Below, piece by piece: positions 34,926-50,635 of a DNA stretch of 64,000 nt. The translations under genes and the position numbers were made by a program. Every line of letters starts with the position of its first letter. Positions within the stretch are counted from its first letter, which is position 1. Where the stretch lies: the NCBI RefSeq assembly GCF_009914755.1, contig NC_060942.1; one strand, 5' to 3'. The notes below the pieces were generated by a model. It had not been told where the DNA came from, made no database searches, and was given only the letters and a program-made list of their open reading frames with translations. This stretch comes from the human T2T-CHM13v2.0 reference genome, Homo sapiens.

Positions 34926-35936
34926 TATAAGAGATTTTTATTAAATATCATATAAATATTTCAAATATAACTTCATTATCATCTTGCACATAAAACAATC
35001 TCTACTCTTAACTAAAATTGATTCCTGGAAACCATGTCATCAGTAATTTATTAGTTCATGCAAATAAACTAATAAATGAATTACTAATGAACTAATAAAT
35101 GAATTGCAATATGACTAAGTAGATCATAATAACACGTTTCCCTTTAGTTACACGAGATAGTATCATTAAACATTGTCAAAGCCAAAATTAATAAGGATAG
35201 AAAGTGGGTGGTTGATAGACAATACCTAGTCCAGAGACTGGCCCTTGGCATTATAAATTCAGAAATTCAATTTCACATTTCACCCTGGGATGATCATACT
35301 CTCAAAGACTCATTTAAGCTAATCAAACTAAAAATAATTTAAAATATCAATTCATTAATTTACCATGGGAATATACATTTTCACTGTCAGAATACTGATA
35401 TCTGTGAAACTCTTTATCCGATATCAATGTACCTAAACAACCAACTCAGTAATCAGAAAGTCTTTTATCTCCTCTAGGGCCAATCAGACACAGCATATCC
35501 TACAAAAAGTGCTGTATAAATACTGGCACGTTGGGTAGTTTTTATACTCAATGCACATTACCCCTCCTATCATAACAATATGTATAATTGCCTAATAAAT
35601 GCTTCATATAACATAATAGATGATATTTATGTTTTAAATTCTGGTCTTATCATACCATCTCTTAGAACTGATAACTACTACGGATTAATAATCTTAGTTT
35701 CTATGTATTAACATTTTACTGGGTTTGATTTCAAAAGGTGACCTCCTCCTGACTTTGGTCCCAGTTTCTGACTATAAAAGAACTATCATAATAGGCAAGA
35801 CGGAACAGGGTAGTATACTCCTATCACGGTCCTATACCAAATCAACCAACACTAAGACCAAAGTACAGCATGAAAACAAAGATACAACTGTAAGTCTTTG
35901 TCAAGTCCCATAACATAGGTATAAATAAACAATATA

Positions 35937-36255
35937 CACTTGTCCCCCCTTATCCACAGTTTCACTTTCCAGGTTTTCAGGTACTCATGGTCAACCACAG
36001 TGCAGAGATAGGTAAGTACAGTACAGTAAAATATTTTGAGAGAGAGACCACATTCACATAACATTTACAGTATATTGCTATAATATTCTATTTTATTATT
36101 AGTTATTGTTTATCTCTCTATTTATAAATTAAGCTTTCTCATAGGTATGTATGTATACAAAAAAAATTATATATGGGGTTCAGTACCATCCATGGTTTCA
36201 GGCATCCATTAGGGGTCCTGGAATGTATCCCCCCAAGGATAAGGAGAACTACTGT
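35937..36255. mobile_element. MER44-like TcMar-Tigger element
   Basis: Terminal inverted repeats cacttgtcccccttatcc and ggataaggagaactactg, each flanked by TA. Confidence 0.75.
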
Positions 36256-37106
36256 ACACAGCTTTTAGAAGATATTCCAGTAGATGAAAAAGTATACACA
36301 AAGCCATAAAAAGTACAACTCCACTGTGTCAAAAATGAGTATGCTTGCAATATAAACATTAAACACTAAAATAATAGCTTGGATTATCTTTTCAAAATTT
36401 AGAAAGGCGTTTATAGAAATCATCTAAATAGTCAATGTATCTTTAAAAGGAAACCTGATGAACTCTAAATTGATGCCTTATTTTTCTGTATTTTTTGGTA
36501 ATCTTGTAGCATGCAGAGATATTAAAGATCATTCAACCAATTCTAGAGTCCAAATCATTTCTTTCAAAAATATGCACAGCAGCACAAAAGGCACTGAGGA
36601 CCTAAGTTAAGATTTAGAGCATAAAAGGTTCTTGGTTCTGGCATCTTCCCATCCCCTCTACAATGGGTTACTTTGCTATTCCTTGCCCTCATCCCCCACA
36701 AAATAAGAAAAAGAAATCACAAAGGGTGGTTGAAACTGTGAGTATATAAAGGGAAGAAGATGAAGAGTAAGACTATTTCTATGTTTGGTGATACACAATT
36801 CCCCAAAGTTTTTGTTTGTTGTTTTTTAAACTACAGACAAAATCAGAGCTTTTAAAAATTTTATCCTGATATCTTCCAGACTGACTTCCCAAAGCCAGCA
36901 GTTTGAGGCCCCATTACAAAAAGACATACAAAAAAAATATAGCCTTGAGAATAAAAATATAAAAGTGGTAAGCAGCAAAGCAAAAGTCTGAATTAGCCCA
37001 TGTTGAAGGAGTACAGCAGTGACATGTTGAGCATTACAAAGTAGATGCTACCTTTATGTGACTTCTATCAAGCTGTATTAACAAATAAGCTAACTTCTGA
37101 ACTTAC

Positions 37107-37281
37107 TTTTACCCAGTGCCACTCAGCAACTACCTCCACAGACCAAGAGGGATAAAGTTCTTCCTTTATAAAACGTAGGTGCTTCTGTCTATTGGTCACC
37201 CAAGTAACAAGAAGACAGTTTGGAGCAGCCAATTTAGGGATAGGTATTTGCTTTATTTGCAGGGGTGACAAATAACTGTAC
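37107..37281 (-). CDS. METTL4: METTL4 exon 6
   Basis: YSYLSPLQIKQIPIPKLAAPNCLLVTWVTNRQKHLRFIKEELYPSWSVEVVAEWHWVK; tttttag| and |GTAAGT; 175 nt. Confidence 0.96.
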
Positions 37282-39104
37282 CTAAAAATAAACGGAAAAA
37301 AGGATGAGCAAAATTCACTGCAAAAGAAGAAAACTAAGCAGGGATAAGACATGCATAACACAGACTCCACAAATGCAAAGCTCTTACTGCTATTTATTTG
37401 TGTAGCAAAATATAAAGCCACAGTGACACCCAGTGGACATATTATTACACACAAGACAAAAATCACCTTTTTTTTAACTAGTTTAAAATCGTCAGGCTGT
37501 ATTTTTTTTAGTCACTTCTAAATGCATTACATTTCAGTAATTTTACTATTTACAATATTTTTTTCTCCAATTCAAAATTAAGCGAATATTGTTGTTTAGA
37601 TCCCATACTCTACGTTACACAGGAGCCCTGTCACAGTGAGTCTTGAAACGAGTCTCTCAATAACCTAAGTCAAACCATACAAGCCTTACCTGGCACCAAA
37701 TCAGTGTTGCAAAATTGGTAATGCTAAAGCCAATCTATTCCAATGAAGCTTCTCCTAGCCCTAGAATCCTCAAACCCTGCACAAAATGCTGACTCCTTCA
37801 CAGGGAGTCATCTCACCTATCCTCATCTCCACCCCACTGCATTTGCAACCCCTAATCTATCATCTTGCTTTTTGCCTTCTCAGTCAATTCCACTGGGTTC
37901 TCTAAAGCCCTCATATTTTCATTTTGTAAAACAAAATCTATAATCTTGTACCTCCTGGCCATAGAGTATAATGGCTAGTTTGTCCTGCAAAAATACTACT
38001 TGCTCTACAATACTCAATCAAATGAATATGGCCCCTTCTCCAACATTCAGTGGAAGGGGAGAAGTCATTATTCTCCTGGCTCCCCCATTGCTGCTTCTAG
38101 GCTATAACTCATCCACCTTTGCAAAAAAAAAACCCTGTTCTCTTTGAGAGGTATGCTATCCAGCTATGTTAACCTCTACTGTTCCTCACTGAATCCATTT
38201 CATCCTCAACATATTCAATAAGGACTTAAGCTCTGAGATCCCACTACCTCACCAACACAAAACTGGCCACTATTCTGAACAATTTCAAAGCACAATCCAT
38301 ATAATGTATATACTTCAACTATTCTTCACCTAAACAAATACAACTGCCTTCATCCCACTTCCATAATCCACTCCAATGCCATAACCTGGACCCTGTCATC
38401 ACTCACACTTGCTCCTTCTCTGAAACCATAAACATCAATCTCTGGCAATAACATGCTATGCCTCACCTACTCTTTGAGCTTATCTAGCAGCTTATTCCTG
38501 ATTACACTTGCTCTTCTTCCCCGTGGACCGCCAATCGTTTCATTGTCTTCTCACTAGCACTCTCAGTTCCCATCCTCCCTTTACCCTTCAACCTCACGGT
38601 TCCTGCAAACCTCCCATCTTAAATCAGTATCACAATTTTATTCCACTTGTTTGTATAGGGAAAATCAGATGAAGAAAATGCAGAAGAACTGGGTATTAAA
38701 AGTTTATAAAATCCATTATCAGGATCTTAAAGTACTCATCAATTCTTTTACTCATCCTTGGTCAAGTACCACAAACCCTCACCACTTTTCAGATCCCTTG
38801 ACCAAACTCTCTCTTAGCAGGTAAAGTTAACTCATACATCAGTAAAACTAAAGGCCGCCAACCTCCCTCAACTACCCAACCCTAACCCCTCTCCTTTATA
38901 TACCTTTACTTATCTATTTCCATACATTTCCTCTTAAAGGAAATGGCATGATTTCACCTATTAAAGCTTATCCCTCCGGTTGTATTCTCTTAGTCCCATA
39001 TGCTAGTATCTTGTAATACCAATTATCCCCTCCTTCTCTATTTTCAACTTCTCTAGTAGTTCTTTACCATCAACCTACAAATATGATTATCCTATCTCAT
39101 TTGA

Positions 39105-39212
39105 AAAGAAGATGAGAAAAGGAGGAGAGAGGGAGGAGAGAGTAAGAAGAGGAGAGGAAAAGGTGTGGAGGGGAGGAGAGGAGAAAGAAGAGGACAGAGA
39201 ATACAGAAGAGA
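39105..39212. repeat. GA-rich polypurine tract
   Basis: About 100 nt of nearly pure A/G on the plus strand. Confidence 0.8.
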
Positions 39213-39451
39213 AATTCCCTCAATTCCATCACCTTCTATCTACAACTAAGCTAAGGACTTGTATGCAAATCCTACTTTATCTCCTTTATTTTATTCCTTA
39301 GTTGACTCCAATGAGACTTTTACCACTATGCCTACTCTGAAAAAGGTAAATGACTTCCTAATGGCCAAATGCAACAAACATTGGAATCCAGCTCTAGCAT
39401 GTGACAACTGTATGTCAGGGACAATCAATAAGTATTTCTTAAAACAAATAG

Positions 39452-39785
39452 GGCTGGGTGTGGTGGCTTATGTCTGTAATCCCAACACTTTGGGAGGCCG
39501 AGGCAAGTGTATCACCTGAGGACAGAAGTTTGAGACTAGCCTGGCCAACATAGTGAAACCCCATCTCTACTAAAAAAAAAAAAAAAAAAAAAAAAAATTA
39601 GCCGGGTGTGGTGGCAGACACCTGTAATCCCAGCTACTCAGGAGGCTAAGGCAGAAGAATCACCTGAACCCAGGAGGTGAAGGTTTCAATGAGCCGAAAT
39701 CATACCATTGCACTCCAGCCTGGGCGACAACAGCGAAACTCTGTCTCAAAAAAAATAAAATAAAATAAAAATAAATAAATAAATA
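39452..39785 (+). mobile_element. AluS with expanded central A-run
   Basis: Dimer with a middle run of about 26 A and a (TAAA)n tail. Confidence 0.92.
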
Positions 39786-40636
39786 AGCAAAAGAATTCAG
39801 ATCTCAAGCACCCAAGTTTCCTGCCATCGAAACAAGTGCTCTTCCCGCAGACTAGTATTTCTCATAATCGAAGTGATGAAGGAACTAATTTTGCTACAGT
39901 ATGAAGAATGTCAGGTCAAAAATTTGAAAGTACATGGTTTCAGTAACTGCAGATTCCTTGATTGCCTTAATTTAATTGGGTTGATTTGTGTGGAGAAAGA
40001 GGAAATATTCATATCTCCTCTTCTAGCTCTAATTTCATGGAAATCACTGAGCAAATTCTAAAATATGCATATTTATGTGATGCAATGGAAAGTATGCAAA
40101 AAAACAGAAAGAAAATGGTGAGAATGTGGAAAAACTAGACCCCTCATTGCCAGTGGGAATATAAAATGGTGCAGGCACTGTAGAAATTAGTTTGATAGCT
40201 CTTCAAAAATTTAAAGATAGAATTACATGGTGTAGTAATTCCACTTCTAGGTACACATCCAAGAGAACTATTAATAAAAATACATCACCCAGAGTTAGCC
40301 AAACTGCAAAGTTTGAAGGTGCAGTCCTGAAGACACCTCACTTCTAAAACCAACTGCAAGTTAAGGTAGTTTCCAAAGCCACCCATAGGATCAAAAATTT
40401 GCTAAACTAACAAAACTTACTGAAAGCTTTTATATTCATAGTTACAATTTCTCAGGGGTAAGGATACAAATTAAAATCAGTCAAAGAAAGAGAGTCAAAA
40501 GATACTGAAGAAGTATGACAACTGAACATGTATAATCCAGACTTTTATTTGCTACAAAGGACATTCCTGGGACAATCAGTGTAGCCTGAATAATGTCTGT
40601 ACATAATAGTGCCAAATCAATAAGAATATTATATCA

Positions 40637-40948
<312 letters not shown>

Positions 40949-41173
40949 TCAATGTTGATTACCTATTTTGATAATTACATTATGTAAAACAATTATCTTT
41001 GTTTTTAGGAAATACATACTGAAATATTCAAGGCTAACTTACCCTTTCTCTTAATTAATTCATTCTCAAGTAACTCACAAAAAAATTATATAAAGATATA
41101 GATATCTACACACACAGAAAACAGATACATGAATTCTTTGTATGATTCTTGTAACTTTAAAAGAAACAAATCT

Positions 41174-41462
41174 GGCCAGGCATGATGGCTCACACTTGTA
41201 ATCTCAGCACTATGGAGGCTGAGGCAGGAGGATCGCTTGAGACTAGGGGTTCAACCTGGGCAACACAGCAAGACACTGTCTCTACAAAAAAAATGTTTAA
41301 ATAGCCGAGTGTAGTGGCATACACCTGTAGTCCCAGCTACTCAGGAGGCTTAGGCAGCAGGCACATCTGAACCAGAAGTTTGAGGCTGCAGTGAGCTGTG
41401 ATTGCACCACTGCATTCCAGCCTGGGCAACAGAGTGAGACCCTATCTCAAAATAAAAAAAAA
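41174..41462 (+). mobile_element. AluJ
   Basis: Diverged dimer; TSD aagaaacaaatc. Confidence 0.9.
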
Positions 41463-41665
41463 GAAGAAGAAGAAAAAGGAAAGAAAAGAAACAAATCCTA
41501 CTGGCACAGCTCATAAACAAGAAGCGTAAGAAAGGTGAGGATCACTGAGGAGAAGAAGAAATTTCATATGAAGTTTAAGTCAAGGAAATTGGAATTTTTT
41601 CATCTAGAAAACTGAAAAGTAAGAGACAATGTAACTGAAGACATTCATTAGAATTGAAAGGAAAA

Positions 41666-42040
<375 letters not shown>

Positions 42041-42447
42041 CTAAGAAGTAACATAAACTAAAAAATTAAAAACAAATTTAAGAATGAATTAGACAAATTC
42101 ATTCATAACACTTTATTAAGGAAAACTAGAAATATCTTGGCACATATTTCTAAACTTTAGAATTTGATATCAAAGAAGACAAATATGTTGTCCTTTGGTG
42201 TTAACAGAAACAGCCCTGAACTGCTTCTGGCATTAATAAATGCACTACTTTTGACATTCTTACACTTATATATAGTTACAGTTCAAGAGAATTAACTAGT
42301 TAAGGAAATTAAGCTGTTAAAACTATTGAAAGCATTTTAGTAGTTTCAGATAATCTATATCATAAAGTAATGTCAATAGTATATTAAACTATAATGTACA
42401 AAGGACTACAGTTTTTTTAGAAAGCAAATGCTTTCATTTCCACTTAC

Positions 42448-42517
42448 CTATTACTTCTTTTAACTGATTTGTTCTGCCATGGTGGATCTATCACAATTAC
42501 ATCAAATGTTTTCCTAT
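42448..42517 (-). CDS. METTL4: METTL4 exon 5, contains the catalytic DPPW motif
   Basis: Reads (Y)RKTFDVIVIDPPWQNKSVKRSN(R); DPPW at 42477-42488 is the motif IV of MT-A70 N6-adenine methyltransferases; 70 nt with tttcag| and |GTAAGT. Confidence 0.96.
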
Positions 42518-44420
42518 CTGAAAACAAAGATACAATTTCAGAAAATACCTTCTCTATGTGATCACTTTAAAAACTAAACATGTTCTTCAAAACTCAAGTG
42601 ATTTCACTACGGACACGAATATAATGGAATGCACCAAAGGGATCTGTATATAGCATTTATTCAAACAGAGTAATTTATCATTAAATATTAGATGTTTCCT
42701 TTACCTCTAGAATTGTATCATAATGTTACCTATTGCAATTGTTGCAGAGACTATCTGCAGATGACTACAGCTCAGTAAGCTGAACACTAATGATCTGTGA
42801 ATTCCCTATGCGTCTTGGCAGCCATATTAATATAGTTCTAAGAAATCTAGGTCTTTTTTTTACTTTTTATTTTAAAATAATTTCAGCCTTTACAACTGAC
42901 TTATTGGCCATAATAAAACTTCCCCAATTATTTACTAATGTACTTTTTCTGACCCAGGATCAAAGCCAGGATCAAACATTGCATTTAGCTGCCATCCCTC
43001 CTAACTCTCCTCCAACCTGGAAAAGTTCCTCGGTCTTTCTTCGTCTTTCATGATTTTGAAACTTTTAAAGGCTACCAATTATTTTATAGGATGTCCCTCA
43101 ATCTGGGTCTAGTATTTTCTCATGATTAAATTTAGATTACTTATTTTTTGCAAGAGGACCACCAAAGTAATGCCTGCCATGCCCTATCAGTGCAACATAT
43201 CAGGAGATAAAGGATGTTAAAGAGTCTTTGGTTAAAGTGTTGTCTGCTGAGTTTCACCAGTTTTTCCCTTGTAATTAACAAGTATCTTGGGAGGAGATAC
43301 TTTAAGACCATGAAAATATCCTGTCTCATCTTTTCATCCACTATTTTGACATCCAATTATTATGGTGTTTGTCAGATGGAAATTCTCTAGATCCATCATT
43401 CCATTCATTTATTAACTGGAATTTTACTGTAAGGAAGAGCTGTCCTTTCTCCCCCTTTTATAAACATAGGTATATTTTTGTAAATGTGTACAATCTCATA
43501 AGTAATCAAAAGAATGCAAATTAAAATAAAGAAGTGACACTTTTTAAGCTATTAGAGTAACAAAGATCAAAAAGAAGAGAAAAAATGTGCATGCATAGAA
43601 TGGTTTTCTCATTAATTTGTTATCCTGTCATTTACTCTGAAGAATTTATGGCACTGCTACATGGATAACCACTCAAGTGTAAGATGGCTTGATAGCAATT
43701 AAAAGAAGCTTTTCATTAGTAAGTTGTGTTGTAGTTGCTCAGTAACTTAAAATTTTGCTATAAAATGTCCAAATAACAATAAACAGCACATTAAATTCAA
43801 TCTGATCAATATACCTCAAAATGACCCTAAGCAGCAGGTATTATCATGTCCATTTTATAGATTGGAGACTGGGGCTCGGTTTTGTGAAATGAATACCCCA
43901 AAGACTCACAGTTAAATAAGCTTCAGAATCTAAAGTCAAATACAGGTCTGTGTGACTGCGGACTTCAATATTTAAATTTTTTAACTTTGTACGGAAATGT
44001 TTCAAGAAATTTTAGACAATGAGCTTGAACACTAGCCTAAATGGTATCCTTTATACAAGGCTAGGAATGATGTGGGAATTGATATTCATAACTGAAGTGT
44101 TTCTACTTTGCTATGAAAAAAAGTTAAAAAAAAAGTGATTTGGTTAAACACAACTGCATACCGAATTCCTAAGTACAGAGAAGTAACTATATTTGTTCTC
44201 TTAGAAATTAGCTTTTGACTCTTTATTCACAATATTTATTTTTTTAAAAAAAGCAAAAGTCAGCACCTTAAAATTAAACCTAAGAGACAAATAACCCAAG
44301 GAAAAGTGTCTACCCTATCCTCATAAATGCTGACCCATCTTCAAATTTCAGACTAGCTCTTAACTTTTCAGCCCACGGAAAAATTATCTTTTTCTAATAA
44401 CAAACACAATAATTACTTAC

Positions 44421-44790
44421 AGTTTAGAAGTGGTTGCATACAAGAAATGTCAGATAAAAGAAAACTGCTTTTCGGTGGTAGCAGGTATTTCTGTCCCATT
44501 AAAGTAATCACTTTTGTAAAGCTAGAGTTGTTTTCAACAACTCGCAAAAATAAATCCTGTTCTGTAACAGATGTATCCTCTTCCACCAATTGTAATGTCT
44601 GATGTTCCATTTCATTCAGAGAAGGCAAATGCTTTGCCATTTCACATAATTCTGACAAACTGCAGGCGTCAAGTGGTAAAGTAATGGGCTTACTACCCTT
44701 GTCCTGTTTTTCAAAAAGTGGATAAAGAAAACCACTTTTGAGACCTTCCTGGATCAACTGTAAAGATCCATCCAAAATCAGCTCCCTGAT
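44421..44790 (-). CDS. METTL4: METTL4 exon 4 (IRELILDG...MQPLLN)
   Basis: Overlaps track ORF 44413..44775; acceptor ttacag|ATC, donor T|GTAAGT; 370 nt. Confidence 0.96.
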
Positions 44791-47162
44791 CTGTAAGAGA
44801 ATTTTAAGTACATTAAAAGAACGTTGACATTAAAAAAGAACATTGACTGTGCTTTGAATATCTGAGTTTATAAACTGAAATCAATATCCTTAACACTTAC
44901 AGTAAAATAATTCTGTACTACAATGAAAAGAATGTGTGAGCACGCCTTTGAACTGCTGTTTCCCAACTGCAGAGTGAAACAACCCTCACAAATTCACTGA
45001 CAACTAAATAACCAAATACATGTAAGAAAATATATCCTCAAACATGTATAAGGTAAATTTGATAATCTGAATGTTTCTAGAAGAAAATGGGATTTCTAAT
45101 CTATAGGGATTGCATGAGGAAGTATCTGCTCTTCATTCCTTTGGGAGGAGAAATACATCCATAACATGCTAAATTATAAAAGGAGGTCTCAGGGCTGCCA
45201 ACCTTTCAATAGAGGTTGAGTGGTAGCATATTACTCCTATATAAGAAAAAAATCATCATCATCTTCTATAGGGAGAATTAAGTTTAAATCACAACACTTA
45301 ATCTTAGATTTCTCTGGTTATCTAATTTTAAAATAAACATACCTTTTCTTTCACAAAACATAGCTTGAATTATAAAGAAAAACATAACTCTATAAAACAA
45401 ACATATAAACAAAGTTTTATAAAAATACAACTAAAATAATTATAAAAAATAAAACCCAAGTTCCCCTTCTGGACAAGATGGAGTATCATGGATCAGATTT
45501 ACCCTTTCATCTGAAATTACTTTTTTTAAATGCACAAAATATGTTTGTTTGTTTTGTTGGTTGGTTGGTTGGTTGGTTGGATGGTTGGTATGTTTAAAAA
45601 AAAAAAAAGGCTTTCAGACTTCAGATGCCATGCAGTGTAGAACAGTGGTCCCTAAACAGCAAAAACAAAGGACCGCTCCAGCTTACTGCCTTCAGAAAGT
45701 TCCCAGGCACAGGGAAGACACATGCAGAGTCCAATAGTCTCTCTGAGTTAAGGAGATGGAGCTTGGAGTCTAGAAAGGCCAAGGAAGGTGCCAGAGAGGA
45801 GACAGCACAGACAGAGCTCCTAAGAGCTGCAGGGGATCTGCCCAGAATTCCAGCCGAGTCACGATCAACACATGCATGGGATGAAACTACCAAAGGCAAG
45901 GAAGGAAGAACCAGATGAAATGACCCGAGGAAACAATCCTCAGGGCTCACCCAGGGCTGAGAATAGTTAGTGCTCCCCAATGCCAAAATGGAAAACCTCA
46001 TAACTCACAGAACATCAGGCAGACAATTCACAAGGGCATTGCCTCGGCAATTGGGAAAAAAAAAAATAGCTTTAGACCAAAGTCTGCTCTGATCATAACT
46101 AAATGAGCTTAAAGAGAGTCTCAGAAAGATCAACCAGTTGCAAAGAAACTTTTTCTGAGAAAAAAGCTCAAGAATATTTAAACAAATATGAAAATATGAA
46201 CTACCCAAAAAGCTAAAGTAGAAACATCTTACAAAAAATTTAAAATTATCAGGAATGTAAAGAAGCAGAAAAATTTATTATAAAAGGAAAAAATCACCAA
46301 ATGGAAACATAGGAATGATACAGATGATAAAATTAGTAGAAAAGGTTAGGTAGGTTTACTTGCAGTCCAAATAAATATATTGGGAATAAAAGTAAAAAAT
46401 GATATTAAGGTATTTATACTATATTCATATGATCAAAGATGTAAAGGAAAAAAATGAGCATATTAAGAAGTGACATAGAGACATAAAAAAAGGACCAAAT
46501 GTGTCCAAAATGAAGACAGAAAAAGTATTTGAGGAAATAATGGCTGAAAATTTCCAAATTTGCTGAAGAGGATGAGGAGGAGGTGGGGGTCAGGGGAGGA
46601 GGAAGAAGAGGAGGAGGAGGAATCCGCACTATGTAACATCCTAATCAAATTGCTAAAAGAAACAGTGATAAAGAGAAATGTTCAAAGCAGTGAGAGACTT
46701 CCACTGGCTGGAACAACAAAGAGAAACAGTAGCAAGAGCTTTTAAAACATTAGGCAAGGAAGGACAGTAGCCCTAAGCAATGGGAAAGAAATCGATAGCC
46801 CCAGCAAATTGCCTGGAGAGAGTTTCCAGGCCATAGAAAGGAAGAATCTGAGCAGAGCCTGGAAGAATCCCTGAGTTGAGGAGATGGAACTGAGAGTACA
46901 GTTAACAGTTCACAGGACAGAATATCAGAGAGGAAAGGGCTCCACAGAGAGAGAACTCAGGAAATCTGCAGGTAGGCACACTAGAGAAATTTACCTATGT
47001 ACTGATCAGTACAAGTGTGTGAAGGAACTATCAGAAGCTGGGAAAATGAGTACCCCAAAAATTTAAAAAATAAAAATAAAAAAAGTATCTGATGCTCCCT
47101 AGGGCCAAGAATAGTGCCTGTTTCCACCACTCAGATGGGAACACCTCATGATTCACAGGGCA

Positions 47163-47657
47163 ACTGGGAGACAATTCATCCTGAGTCTCTGAGCAGAGGC
47201 ACTGACAGCTTTTGTTCCAGAAAAAATTTCCAAGGATATGTATACAACATGGAAGATGGAGTAGTGTCTCCCCAAGGCAGAGGATAGACTTGTATGCTGT
47301 CCAGGTTAATAAAGTCTCCCTCTGGGGCAAAAGGTCAGACAGGTTTGTTTGCAACCCACTTAAAAGATGAGAGTTCCCTAAGCTTGGGATCCTTAGCTGT
47401 GAATCAAAGAATTGCTGCATGCATAGGAAACCCACTGCATGCACAGCATCTAACTATGTTGATTGCCACTGTCCTCATGTGACATGGGGTGCAAAGGGAG
47501 CCTGTGAGCATAAAGCACATGCTGTGCCAGGAGCAGTAAAATCCTTTGTCCCTGACCTAGGAGTCTCCTATCTTCTGCTAGCATCCATGAAACTAAGGCA
47601 AGCTAATTTGTTAGCTTCCAAATAGGGTAAAATTTCAGACACTTCACAGTTCTTGAC
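47163..47657 (+). mobile_element. Solo ERV LTR (LTR47-like)
   Basis: Starts tgggagacaattc; contains agtaaaatcctttgtccctgacctaggagtc; ends ggtaaaatttcagacacttcacagttcttgaca. Confidence 0.6.
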
Positions 47658-47819
47658 AGGGGTACTGGGTAATTAGACGGATCTTGCATCAGTATAGGGG
47701 CATAATTAGCCTTAAACACTATTCTAAACCAACCCAAAAAAATCTACCCAGCAAGTGAGAAATTAATGCAAAAATCTCTAAAGACACAGAAGTTCTGAAA
47801 AACACTATCAACTAACTTT

Positions 47820-47885
47820 ATCTGACATTCATAGAACACTGCCTCTAACACTGCATCTGACATTCATAGAACACTGCATCTAACA
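47820..47885. repeat. 35-bp tandem duplication within L1 sequence
   Basis: atctgacattcatagaacactgc(c/a)tctaaca occurs twice. Confidence 0.85.
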
Positions 47886-49469
47886 ATTTTTGGAAAGAAT
47901 ATGTATAGACAATACATATTCTTCCCAAAAGCATATAATACAGGCACAAAGATAACTCGTATGCTGGGCCATAAAACAAGGTTCTAGAAATGTAAAAGGA
48001 CTGAAATCCCAAGCGTATGTTCTATACCCCATTGGATTTAAGTTAGAAATCAAGAACAAGAAGACACTGAGATAAACTCATTACCTGGAAATGAAATAGA
48101 ACACTTCTAAATAATTCATATAGGTCAAAGATGAAATAATAAGGAAAATCAGAAAATAACTTTTTATTGAATCAAAATGAAAATACAAAATATCAAAATA
48201 CGTGGAAGGCAACCAAAGCAGTGATTTAGAGGGAAACTTACAGCTTTAAGTGCTTAAGTTAGAAAAGAAAAAAAGATGTAAGTTAACCGACATAACATTC
48301 CACTTTAAGAAAATACCCAAGAAAATTAAAAATTAAAAAAGTTAGAAAAAGAAGAGCAAAGTAAACCAAAAGAAATAATAAAAAAAAACACAGAAGTCAA
48401 TAAAATGGAAAACACAGAGACAGTAAGGAAAATTAACTAAATTAAAAGCTTGTTCTTTGAATATTTGTAAATCATATATCTGATAGGGGGTTAATATCCA
48501 GAATATACAAAGAACTTCTAAAACTCAACAAGAAAAAAAACAAACAGCCCAGAAGATGAACAAAGGATACAAACAGACATTTCTCTCAAGAAAATATACA
48601 AATGGCCAACAAGCACATAAAAAGATGCTCAACATTACTAACCATTAGGTAAATACAAATCAAAACCACAATGAGATACTACTCCACACCTACTAGGATA
48701 GCTATTATCAAAAACAAAAGTGTCGGCAAGGATGTGGAGAAACTGGAGCCCTTGGGTATTGCTGGTAGGAATGTAAAATGATAGAACCACTGTGGAAGGC
48801 AGTATGGTGGTTCCTCCAAAAATTAATCACAGAATTACGATAAAATCCAGCAATTCCACTTCTGGGTATATATCCAAAAGAACTAAAAGCAAGAACTGGA
48901 ATAGATATTTGTACACCTGTCTTCAGAGAAGCATTATTCACAACAGCCAAAAGGTAGAAACTACGCAAAAGTCCATAAACAAATGGATAAACAAAATGTA
49001 ATATTTACATAAAATGGAATATTTTTCAGCCTTAAAAAGGAAAGAAATTCTGATATATGCTACATGGATGAACCTTGAAGACATAGTGAAATAAGCCAGA
49101 TGCAAAAGGGCAAGTATTATGTGATTTAACTTATATGAGGTATAGGCAAATTCACAGAGACAGAAAGTAGAATACTAGTTACCAGGCAGCAGGGGAAGGG
49201 GGGTGGGGAGTTACTATTTAATGTGTAGTTTCAGTTTGGATGTGGTAATGATGGCATGACACTCTGAATGTACTTAGTGCCACTAAATTGTACATCTAAA
49301 AATGGTTAAAACAGTAAATTTTATGATACGTATATTTTACCTATTTAAAAAAACCACAAATTACTAATAAAAGCAATGAAAAAGTTATTATCACCACAGA
49401 TCCTACAGACATTAAAAGAAAGCATAAGATAACATGACTTCATGCTAACAAATTTGACAACTAGGATGA

Positions 49470-49790
<321 letters not shown>

Positions 49791-50346
49791 GAAATGAACA
49801 CATTTCTTAGAAAATAAAACTTGTGAAAACTGACATCAATAGAAACAAAAAACCTGAAAATCCGGTTCTCTATTAAAAAACCTGATTTTGTTACTAAAAA
49901 CCTTCCCCCATGACAATTAAAACACAACACATCGGAACGTACATGATGTTGCTAAAGCTGTGCCCAGAGAAAAAGTCTCATCATTAAATTCTTCTATCAA
50001 TAAATAAAGAAAAAAGAAAAGAGGAAAAAAGTAAAGTTGCCAAAAAAGTATCCACCACAAAAAGCAACACACTGAGATGGTTACAAAGTGGGGGTTCTAT
50101 CAAACTTTATCAAACTTTTAAAGAACAAATTATCCCAATTATTTTTCTATTGCTCCAGAAAATTGGAAAGTAAAAAGAAGGAAAACTTCTAGCTTCCAAC
50201 ACGAGAGGGCTAATAAGTTCTCCAGCGTGCAAACATCCTACATATTTACATATATAATTATATATAAGGCCGAAGAAGTAAATATATCAGACCAATCTCT
50301 CTTATGACTGTCCCAAATAAAACATTAGCAAATAAAATCCAGAAGA

Positions 50347-50635
50347 GGCCGGGCGCAGTGGCTCACGCCTATAATTCCAGCACTTTGGGAGGCCGAGGCG
50401 GGCAGATCATGAGGTCAGGAGATTGAGATCATCCTGGCTAACACAGTGAAACCCCGTGTCTACTAAAAAAATACAAAAAATTAGCTGGGCGTAGTGGCGG
50501 GCGCCTGTAATCCCAGCTACTCGGGAGGCTGAGGCAAGAGAATGGCATGAACCCAGGAGGCAGAGTTTGCAGTGAGCGGAGATGGGCCACTGCACTCCAG
50601 CCTGGGCGACAGAGCGAGACTCTGTCTCAAAAAAG
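50347..50635 (+). mobile_element. AluY
   Basis: Y-type diagnostics (accatcctggctaac-like, gagaatggc); TSD aaaatccag. Confidence 0.9.
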
